Shown in pieces: positions 60,288 to 64,000 of a DNA stretch of 64,000 bases; position 1 is the first letter of the stretch; each line of letters opens with the position of its first letter. The stretch spans positions 54,092,022-54,156,021 of the forward strand of contig NC_068985.1 of NCBI RefSeq assembly GCF_001194135.2, in the 5' to 3' direction. The notes under the pieces are model-generated. The model was given only the letters and a program-made list of their open reading frames with translations, did no database searches and had not been told where the DNA came from. This DNA is from Octopus bimaculoides. Its lineage: Eukaryota. The position numbers and the translations under genes are program-made.

Positions 60288-62515
60288 GAATGGGATGAAG
60301 TGGTGAGGATGGATCTTAGGATGTTGGGGCTCATGGAGAAAATGACAGTAGACCGAGATGTTTCGCGATATGAGGTCCTAGGGAAAAATCTATCTATGAA
60401 ACTGAGTGCTAGAAGAGTTGTGTCCCACCCACATGTAACAACACACTTTTCACCCACCCTACCCTAAGAAATCAAACTACAACTCATCTTCTAATTGCAT
60501 CTTTCTCTTCCTCACATTTGCTCCTAATACATTATGAGTGTCTTCCAATCTCCTTTCTTGCCCACACTGTCATGCTCACTGTATCACTGCTCCCCACCAC
60601 CACCACCACACCCTGCCAGTGGTGGTGTCACATAAAAAGCACTGAGTCCACTCTGTGGAGTGACTGGTGTTAAGAAGGGTATCCAGCTGTAAAATCCCTA
60701 CCAAAACAGACACAGTAGCCTTGGATAGATTTTCAACTTGGCCAGCTCCTGTCAACTGTCCTACCCATGTATAAAAGATGGATGTTAAATGATGATGATG
60801 ATGATGATACATACATACATATATATATATATTTATATATATATATAATGTGATGTGCTTACAAGCCTCAATACAACATTGAGTTACTTTAACTTTTGGC
60901 ATATTGTCAGATGAGCACTGACAGGTCTGTATGGTAAATATATCAGAAATATAATGTATGGCTGTGAAAGCAAATGAGTTGCAGTTGCTGGAGAGGAACA
61001 AATAGAGTATTGTACATTGGATGCATGACGTAAAATTGAGTGAGTGACAAGTGATTGCAAGTGAAGGAGAGAGGGAGGTAGGTAGAAAGAGAAAGGTATG
61101 AGAATTGGCCAGAAAGGAGGATGTGAGTTATAAAACTGTTAGAAGTTAGAGATAAATTAAAGACGAACTGAAGTAAGGTAACAAGAGATCTAATCAATAA
61201 CAGTCCAAAGCTTTCTTTTACTTCAGTCAAATGTAGTAGAATGGTTTACAAAATTAGATACACTCAGATTGTCTTAGACTCAGTTTTGACAGTTGGGTAG
61301 TCTTTGTAATCCTAATCATAAAAAGATGATGATGACAATAGAGTAGCACGTTCACAGATATGAAAGGTTGATAAAAAAACAAATTAAAATAATAACCCTG
61401 AGATGTCATGATGTCACCTGATTAAGTGTAAGGCTTTATATATTTGGCTATATAACAAAAAATGGAGTGAGAATAGGAAATATAGCGATTAACACTATTT
61501 TTGATACCAACTGGCCTGAGAAAGATGCCCCCCCCCACCTCTTCTCTGATACTTCCTGTTCTGAAGTGATCTACATTAAAAACTTCCCAGCAAAACTTTA
61601 TGTTAATTTATGTTCCAGACACTACACCAGCTGAATAGTGACAAAGTTATTTTACGAAATTCTTCATTACTTTCAAAATTAATTAAAACACAAAATGCAT
61701 TTCAATAGAAATCTGGTAACAAAATGGTTAAAAAAATAAGTGAGCTTAGGTTTCATAAACATACAAAATTTTTATCGATATGGAAGTCTGATGGCAATGT
61801 TATAGAGTAAATTAGAAGTATTGAATTTAAATTTTATTATTTGTTAATAGCTAGTGTTTAGGAAAAGACTTTCAAGAAGATAATGAGGAAAAAGTTTTTA
61901 TGGTTTTTTTTTTTTTGTTATTTTATTAGTAACAAAGTGTTATCACAAATAACTACTACACTAAACTTCTATCTTCTAAGAATGGAATTACTTCAGTTAA
62001 AATTATTGTTTTTAAATACACTACAGTTTTCTAAAAGAAAAAGTACAGCCATCAACATCATTGACAGAATCGGTACAGAGCTTGATTAATGTTATAGTAT
62101 TTAGTTCTACCCCTCAAAGTTTTGTATTAAATCCGCTTTGGTTTACCTCAAAGTGGACTTGAATTTTCCTCTTCCCTCTAGGGTTAGCACAATAAAGAAC
62201 CAAGATGATACTGAATGCAAATTAAAGGAATCGCTTTCCATCAACAATACACCATGAACCTATCTAAGAAACCAATATTATCATTTAATAAGTATGCATT
62301 CCTTTTTTTTAAATATAATTATATCCAGTTTAAACAATTACTTAAGAGATGTTGGAAATTTGAAACTCCAGCAGATAACAAATTACTCCTTTCAAACAAG
62401 ACACACAAAGGGATGATGAGGCAGTATTACTTACACCACATTCTTCTTGCTGGAGTATAAGCATCTTTTCTATGGTCCTAATACTCTGCTGTCGCATATT
62501 CCTTTCCTTTTCATG
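5192..62515 (-). CDS. ARHGEF11/12: Multi-exon RGS-RhoGEF gene (ARHGEF11/12-like, RhoGEF2 type), internal portion: coiled coil, RH/RGS-like domain, C1 domain; both ends outside the window
   Basis: 18 GT-AG exons with compatible phases give one open frame of 1925 nt. Recognised family motifs: PFGNFEEVEKRNAYLSILLHYLISNDDPSALFFYIISDIY, KELRKWAYEIYSTFL, LNDFRNKQKLGLG, ALATYLRHIGV, a canonical C1 Cys/His pattern, and RAKSDVDMD..SGSSSTSSL (ARHGEF11 has RSRSDVDMD..SASSSTSSL). Family call is from recalled motifs, not a database search. Confidence 0.9.
6330..6550. repeat. Small foldback-like element with about 27-bp subterminal tandem repeats
   Basis: Three units resembling ttaacaaaaacataacaaatggaaaa at 6345-6426; a degenerate reverse complement at about 6484-6548. 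Confidence 0.45.
8532..8583 (-). CDS. ARHGEF11/12: Exon, phase 2-0: (K)RATDLGRSESLKDRPDQ
   Basis: Acceptor ttttactttgcag, donor CAG|gtaaat, 52 nt; only the phase-2 frame is open; RSESLK resembles the family RSESL motif. Confidence 0.87.
9239..9311 (-). CDS. ARHGEF11/12: Exon, phase 1-2: (G)FHSVNSIVKRFEKSPGENEDERH(K)
   Basis: Acceptor taactttacag, donor CAA|gtaagt, 73 nt; needed to reconcile the phases of exons 9972-10061 and 8532-8583. Confidence 0.87.
9972..10061 (-). CDS. ARHGEF11/12: Exon, phase 1-1: (A)PHINQRRESCSPTQSGSSGVSGADEDLDS(G)
   Basis: Acceptor catattcttctag, donor CTG|gtaaat, 90 nt. Confidence 0.85.
11167..11289 (-). CDS. ARHGEF11/12: Exon, phase 1-1: (N)CEWNVHKHCIESIEVLCPQGRRKRTSGLMDKWGRKPSNTN (C1 domain, second half)
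   Basis: Acceptor tgacatttcag, donor ATG|gtaggt, 123 nt; completes x2-C-x4-H-x2-C-x7-C. Confidence 0.93.
11359..11571. mobile_element. mariner-type MITE
   Basis: TIRs TA|CGAAGGGTGCTGAAAAGTTCCTGGCTTT and AAAGCCAGGAAGTTTCCAGCACTTGCTTCG|TA; TA target duplication. Confidence 0.85.
12904..13012 (-). CDS. ARHGEF11/12: Exon, phase 0-1: AYRNHQFVPQHYYQLTDCTVCSSPVWGVGFQGYQCS (C1 domain, first half)
   Basis: Acceptor tttttcgttgtag, donor GCA|gtgagt, 109 nt; H-x12-C-x2-C-x13-C. Confidence 0.93.
13870..14470 (-). mobile_element. Penelope-like retroelement remnant with a GIY-YIG endonuclease pseudo-ORF
   Basis: Frame at about 14458-14160 reads FKVNANMNCKTQNLIYCITCPKCKENYIGEINN...LHR*HI*...IPLSKHLEICGEGKFKIFPFYK, with two internal stops. 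Confidence 0.85.
15018..15468 (+). mobile_element. Full-length tRNA-headed SINE (family A) with an internal (TG)n
   Basis: Head gcaggcacgactgtgtggttaagaag...ttcagttccac, core gggtaagtgtcttctactatagcc, tail ggccacagtccaatgactgaaataagtaaaag. Other copies: about 1878(+), 2480(-), 5830(+), 6700(+), 7470(-), 10480(-), 19570(-), 21600(+), 23740(-), 28620(+), 31460(-), 48355(-), 48845(+). Confidence 0.85.
15620..16123. mobile_element. piggyBac-like MITE (TTAA|CCCTTTAGCATT...AATGCTAAAGGA|TTAA) with a nested family-B repeat at about 15650-15936
   Basis: TTAA flanks and CCCTTTAGCATT TIRs; the uninterrupted copy at 56327-56548 shows the empty site tgtcaaatgtaatgctta. Confidence 0.8.
16242..16425 (-). 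CDS. ARHGEF11/12: Exon, phase 2-0: EEKAKCARDQALGWALATYLRHIGVTKLSY...KLPGTKSKTK (end of RH domain)
   Basis: Acceptor gattttacag, donor AAG|gtatgc, 184 nt; ATYLRHIGV resembles family MTYMKHLGV. Confidence 0.92.
16620..17090 (-). mobile_element. Unclassified repeat with (TA)n tracts, possibly a Penelope-type terminal repeat
   Basis: GC-richer block with a degenerate hammerhead-like motif at 16773-16806. Confidence 0.3.
17100..17300 (+). mobile_element. RTE-clade LINE 3' fragment
   Basis: Translates as ..RLTDNRWTRAVTNW*PRDWK*PLGRPP.., matching the RTE C-terminal DNRW...W.PR..KRP.GRPP motif. Confidence 0.75.
19331..19436 (-). CDS. ARHGEF11/12: Exon, phase 1-2: (G)LGNFYGVDELELDMDKSQEMKIIENYLVPHLESF(T)
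   Basis: Acceptor ttttttcttcttcag, donor TAC|gtaagt, 106 nt; phases fit both neighbours. Confidence 0.9.
20604..21026. mobile_element. pogo/Tigger-like MITE
   Basis: TA|CAGGTCGTTGTCGACTTACGACC and degenerate GATCATAAGTCAATGACAACCTA|TA TIRs; internal repeats of gacttacgac. Confidence 0.8.
21210..21400 (-). mobile_element. Penelope-type terminal-repeat remnant with a hammerhead-like motif; second copy at about 49125-49280
   Basis: CTTT-CAGTTGA-A-GAGC-GTAG-GCTT-GAAA-CGTT-AAAG at 21339-21304; homologous block at 49245-49210. Confidence 0.55.
22150..22318 (-). CDS. ARHGEF11/12: Exon, phase 0-1: PLKVTIDENLVKIIDD...LMLNDFRNKQKL(G) (RH domain)
   Basis: Acceptor taatatttcag, donor TAG|gtgagt, 169 nt; lies inside ORF 22070..22426. 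Confidence 0.92.
22403..23095. mobile_element. Longer deletion derivative of the piggyBac-like MITE family, inverted relative to the 15620 copy
   Basis: Ends are reverse complements of the MITE ends (tagcatttaaatc.., aataagcattacatttgacaga); interior encodes broken acidic peptides MAAENSNADLERFTAEDLQNVEEM and SSDESDKEDDSQFS. Confidence 0.6.
24380..24484 (-). CDS. ARHGEF11/12: Exon, phase 0-0: FFYIISDIYSSANGSSKELRKWAYEIYSTFLIQNA (RH domain)
   Basis: Acceptor ttttctgtttttcag, donor GCT|gtaagt, 105 nt. Confidence 0.92.
24593..24975 (-). mobile_element. Full-length SINE family A copy
   Basis: Reverse complement of the 15018 copy; similar near-full minus copies at about 37722-38113, 40290-40603, 52000-52325 and 57722-58092. 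Confidence 0.85.
25398..25505. repeat. 18-bp minisatellite, 6 units (gaagcctttgaccagcct)
   Basis: Units read directly; the central units are near-identical. Confidence 0.95.
26064..26171 (-). CDS. ARHGEF11/12: Exon, phase 0-0: AENRLPFGNFEEVEKRNAYLSILLHYLISNDDPSAL (RH domain)
   Basis: Acceptor (ct)n-cccag, donor CTG|gtaagt, 108 nt; matches LARG-type F.SL..LK.RPAHLAVFLHHVVSQFDPA.L. Confidence 0.92.
26673..26738 (-). CDS. ARHGEF11/12: Exon, phase 0-0: DGGTAAIMTMEEDDDDEVPTDE (acidic motif N-terminal to the RH domain)
   Basis: Acceptor tttcttttttag, donor GAG|gtacac, 66 nt; positional equivalent of IIGAEDEDF/IIGPEEDY. Confidence 0.85.
26830..27090 (-). mobile_element. RTE-clade LINE 3' fragment; related plus-strand piece at about 60285-60440
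   Basis: The 60285 piece reads WDEVVRMDLRMLGLMEKMTVDRD; this copy reads ..REELVKAALWMLNITKKIMARDHNEWQ. Confidence 0.6.
27461..27601 (-). CDS. ARHGEF11/12: Exon, phase 0-0: RTSLTVGSPDTSGILDSPHASPSNSPTPVHLADMNSSNPDADRCGTE
   Basis: Acceptor ttcctgttttaccag, donor GAG|gtacct, 141 nt, Ser/Pro-rich. Confidence 0.8.
28822..28914 (+). mobile_element. Short non-autonomous Helitron-like element (Lep1-like ends); a longer 3' portion lies at 30071-30399
   Basis: 5' ACTAGCAGAAATACCTGGCGTTGCCCGGG hairpin and 3' TTTATATATAGAGAT; the second piece ends (ACAG)n...TTTTTATATATATAGAT. Confidence 0.55.
29164..30070. other. Assembly gap (largest in the window); others at about 21087-21208, 36357-36366, 42720-43010, 54406-54425 and 60206-60222
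   Basis: Runs of N. Confidence 1.
31729..32288. mobile_element. piggyBac-like MITE copy hosting a nested Helentron-associated element
   Basis: TTAA|CCCTTTAGCATT...AATGCTAAAGGG; interrupted at tttatt^cacattgtt. Confidence 0.8.
31772..32114 (+). mobile_element. Non-autonomous Helentron/HINE (DINE-1-like) element
   Basis: 5' ATTACCTTCACCTTAGCAAAGGCAGAGG, (GTTT)-like microsatellite, 3' GCCTTGGTGGAAG subterminal repeat then GCACTC-TCT-GAGTGC hairpin; inserted at TT. Confidence 0.75.
32845..33745 (+). mobile_element. CR1/L2-group LINE 3' fragment
   Basis: ORF 33412..33714 contains RKHFFTLRVAETWNKVPASVVSCRDTASFK (R..FF..RV...WN.LP..VV......FK); ends in an (ATT)-rich tail. Confidence 0.8.
34068..34632 (-). 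mobile_element. About 560-bp interspersed element sitting inside (AAT)n
   Basis: Sharp GC-richer block flanked by long (AAT)n on the left and aataataat on the right; no ORF. Confidence 0.55.
34627..35420 (-). mobile_element. Head-to-tail array of three family-C SINE copies
   Basis: Three units with cacaaggcc(t)gaaattt..gtcaattacattgacccc..ggtacttatt..aaggatgaaaggcaaagtcaac..tttgaactcagaa..ttctgccagctc, separated by (AAT)n. Other copies: about 8730, 18530(+), 31224(+), 43730-44230, 48030, 58540. Confidence 0.8.
36700..37200 (+). mobile_element. CR1/Jockey-group RT region fragment
   Basis: ISELAPIITKLFNL (ORF 36705..37241) resembles the pre-RT ..EL...L..LFN motif. Confidence 0.5.
37372..37715 (-). 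mobile_element. tRNA-headed SINE (family D); related heads at about 20040-20220(+) and 39960-40110(+)
   Basis: A box TGGCCCAGTGGTTAG, B box AGTTCGATTCCC, then gtgttgtgttcttgagcaaaatactt. Confidence 0.75.
38471..38752 (-). mobile_element. tRNA-headed SINE (family F) with an (AAT)n spacer and a Penelope-like tail containing a hammerhead-like motif
   Basis: A box TGGCGTAGTGGTTAAG, B box AAGTTCGATTCT; tail GACAC-CTGATGA-A-GGCTG-GAGGGTATAT-CAGGT-GAAAC-GTGTT at 38589-38547. Confidence 0.7.
41135..41460 (+). mobile_element. Penelope-type terminal-repeat remnant with a hammerhead-like motif
   Basis: CTGATGA-A-AAGC-TCT-GCTC-AAAA-CGTC at 41358-41384; downstream ctgagtgtcaaactaatacattcc..gtttgttgtctg resembles the 21210 and 49125 repeats. 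Confidence 0.55.
42084..42293 (-). CDS. ARHGEF11/12: Exon, phase 0-0: LPGGSKHIKHGSVPASIYKT...LPPGYQQRDNTKE (Ser-rich linker)
   Basis: 210 nt open GC-rich island inside ORF 42018..42371; donor GAG|gtatct; acceptor tctgtgaacag is weaker, so the 5' boundary is less certain. Confidence 0.75.
45248..46569. mobile_element. Non-autonomous DNA transposon with about 250-bp TIRs and an 8-bp TSD (GG-terminated, Merlin- or Mutator-like)
   Basis: About 45248-45495 is the reverse complement of about 46320-46569; left end GGATCT; flanks CAATACAT / CAATACAC. Confidence 0.75.
47324..47368 (-). CDS. ARHGEF11/12: Putative 45-nt exon, phase 0-0: SDFVELGLPDLSSGR
   Basis: Strong acceptor ctcttttattttctcttcag, donor CGG|gtgcgt, open frame, higher GC than the flanks. 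Confidence 0.65.
49341..49370 (-). CDS. ARHGEF11/12: Putative 30-nt microexon, phase 0-0: QPEFPDSFTL
   Basis: Acceptor tacttttgtactttcag (followed by a second CAG), donor CTT|gtgaga; frame-preserving; no homology support. Confidence 0.5.
50330..50712 (-). mobile_element. Young tRNA-headed SINE (family E), CpG-rich; degenerate partial copy at about 37200-37320
   Basis: A box TGGCCCAGTGGTTAGG, B box GGTTTCGATTCCC; many intact CpGs. Confidence 0.8.
52562..52681 (-). CDS. ARHGEF11/12: Exon, phase 0-0: RARKIYAKSPSEKNKEELNEKERTVNTLETRLRQLQSEFP (coiled coil)
   Basis: Acceptor catttacag, donor CCT|gtaagt, 120 nt open, coiled-coil character. Confidence 0.85.
56616..57430. mobile_element. GG-terminated long-TIR MITE with a perfect 8-bp TSD AATACTTG and internal (TTAGGG)n
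   Basis: TIRs GGACCTTTGTGATTTGACGGGCAACA / TGTTGCCCGTCAAATCACAAAGATCC; degenerate inverted similarity extends about 200 bp; TSD at 56608-56615 and 57431-57438. Confidence 0.85.
57021..57082 (+). repeat. Interstitial telomere-like repeat: 7 perfect TTAGGG plus variant units
   Basis: ttaggg ttaggg ttcggg ttttagag ttaggg ttaggg tttggg ttaggg ttaggg ttaggg. Confidence 0.95.
58870..59550 (-). mobile_element. CR1/Jockey-group LINE 3' fragment interrupted by a hAT MITE
   Basis: Removing 58967-59253 and one TSD copy restores LWNSLPDYVFPPGVDL*RFRG. Confidence 0.65.
58967..59253. mobile_element. hAT (Charlie-like) MITE
   Basis: TIRs CAGTGATCCTCAACC / GGTTGAGAATCCTTG; perfect 8-bp TSD CTCTAAAC at 58959-58966 and 59254-59261. 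Confidence 0.88.
60630..60810 (+). mobile_element. Family-B short repeat ending in (ATG)n, an RTE-type 3' end
   Basis: ggtgttaagaagggtatccagctgtaaaa...ccatg...gatgttaaatgatgatgatg. Copies at about 2200, 7230(-), 11760, 12480, 13165(-), 15650(-), 19055(-), 20280, 27145(-), 48660(-), 50830 and 51290. Confidence 0.7.
61490..61731. mobile_element. Second piggyBac-like MITE family (TTAA-CCCTTTTGATACC...CAGAAATATGGTAACAAAAGGG-TTAA)
   Basis: The same end recurs at about 5440-5620, 18255-18420, 21850-22055, 36237-36645, 38190-38212, 46965-47120 and 55985-56220. Confidence 0.7.
62435..62515 (-). CDS. ARHGEF11/12: Exon, phase 0-0: HEKERNMRQQSIRTIEKMLILQQEECG (start of coiled coil)
   Basis: Acceptor ttttgtatttacag, donor GGT|gtaagt, 81 nt; resembles the LARG ILRKMLQKEQE segment. 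Confidence 0.85.
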
Positions 62516-63879
62516 CTGTAAATACAAAACAAATGCCAAATGAAATAATTATTACATATTTTACTTATCAGTTAATTAATAGCCATGACAAAGGAAAACT
62601 AATAATATAATAACAAAAATAGATATGAATGTAAACAAGGAATGTATTTAGATTAAAACTAATTTGTTAGCAAATAATTATGAAGATCAACAGATTTTCA
62701 TCAGTATTATTATCATTTCTGTAGACCGATGATGTAAGATAACATTTTACAGTTTGCATTTTTTAAGAGAAAATTTATTCATAACAGAGAACAGTCGTGA
62801 ATTGTAAATGTAGCAAAACCATAGAGCAGACTTCATGCATTTCATGTGTTTAACAAATAAACAACGAAAACTAAACCAAAATAATGTCATGTGAACAGAA
62901 AATAAAAAATATCTAACTATAACTAGAATATTATAATGGTTTAGAAGGAGAGAAAAAAAATGAATTTTCAGTGAGATTTTACCTTGGTACTAGTATAATG
63001 TGTTCCATTATGACAGACAGGCTAGACTGGTGACAAATTCTAAACAGTGACAATAGAGGGTGAGACAGAAGTGCTTTGATATAAGTGGAAAGTTGTTGTT
63101 ATGGTTTGTCATACACTCCCTCATGCTATGAGTCAAGGAAAAACTTAACTTCAAAACTATGTCAGGGGATAATTTGAAACAAAAGGATGTTTTAAATCTC
63201 AGCAGATTCTGAAGTGGTGGTGGTGGTATTAGCAAAGGGGGGAGTAGAAGAACCAAAATATACTAATAGGTGCCTGTAAAATTATCACTGTATTTAAATA
63301 TTATACGACAGAAAGAAGGTGGGGGAGCAGGAGGAAAAACAACAATATCAAAAAAAAAAAAAAGAAAAAAATCAGTAATGGAGAAAACATTAGCAGTACA
63401 TCCTCAATTCAATATATGTTTCTGCTCTTTTTCTTTTCATTGGTGCACATTAAGTGTTTTTCCCACATTGATAGTTATAGTCACTTCTGAATCCTAAAAT
63501 TTCAATTTAGCCGACCTATCAAGAGAAGAACATAAATGCTATATAACTTTCCCAAGTGACAATGAGTAATAATTAAACTCTGAGTAATATTGTAGATTCA
63601 GAGTACATCAGAGTACAACGCTAGACTTGTCCAAGTAGATATGATAAAAGATAGAACTGAAAACAAATGTAAAAACATTTGTTGGCTGTTAGAGCAGATA
63701 TCGAGATTCTAGACTGCTGATAATTAAGGACTTCCTTAAGTCAATTATTAAATACAAGTCAAGGATAGTCATCGCAATAATACAGGAATCAACTGGCTTC
63801 CTTATATGAAGACCTAAAAGTAATTGTAAGTTTTATGTATGTGTCTGTGTATATGTGTAGTTGTGTGTGTGTATGTATG

Positions 63880-63969
63880 TATGTATATATATATATATAT
63901 ATTTATATATGCATATATATATGCATATATATTTATATATGCATATATATATGCATATATATTTATATA

Positions 63970-64000
<31 letters not shown>
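63880..64000. repeat. (AT)n-derived 30-bp higher-order repeat (atttatatatgcatatatatatgcatatat)
   Basis: Two full units at 63901-63960 plus a partial third. Confidence 0.85.

Noticed and set aside
570-63497. Most ORFs in the six-frame track (YIYI, THTH, SLSL, CVCV runs and X-filled ORFs)
   Set aside because: They are translations of microsatellites, SINEs or N gaps; only a few overlap real exons (5182, 22070, 27443, 42018, 62342).

Overview
AT-rich animal genomic DNA with many microsatellites, tRNA-headed SINEs and assembly gaps; the repeat landscape suggests an octopod cephalopod (inference). The window is the interior of one minus-strand gene, an RGS-RhoGEF of the ARHGEF11/ARHGEF12 (PDZ-RhoGEF/LARG, fly RhoGEF2) family. 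I rebuilt 18 GT-AG exons by hand (62515 down to 5192; 1925 nt, about 641 codons). Their phases join into one open frame: coiled coil, Ser/Pro-rich linker, RGS-like (RH) domain, a complete C1 zinc finger, then the SDVDMD...SSSTSSL motif. The expected PDZ exons (upstream) and DH-PH exons (downstream) were not found in the window. Most of these exons are absent from the ORF track, and most tracked ORFs are microsatellite or repeat artefacts. Introns hold several SINE families, L1/Tx1, CR1 and RTE fragments, a Penelope-like GIY-YIG remnant, mariner, pogo, hAT and piggyBac-like MITEs, and Helitron-type elements. I cannot demonstrate a wholly new system. The best leads are: (1) hammerhead-ribozyme-like folds in several Penelope-type repeats, one of them at the tail of a tRNA-headed SINE; (2) a GG-terminated long-TIR element family with 8-bp TSDs, one copy carrying TTAGGG repeats; (3) symmetric small exons, one carrying the acidic G-alpha-contact motif. 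Exon coordinates were counted base by base; most repeat boundaries are approximate.
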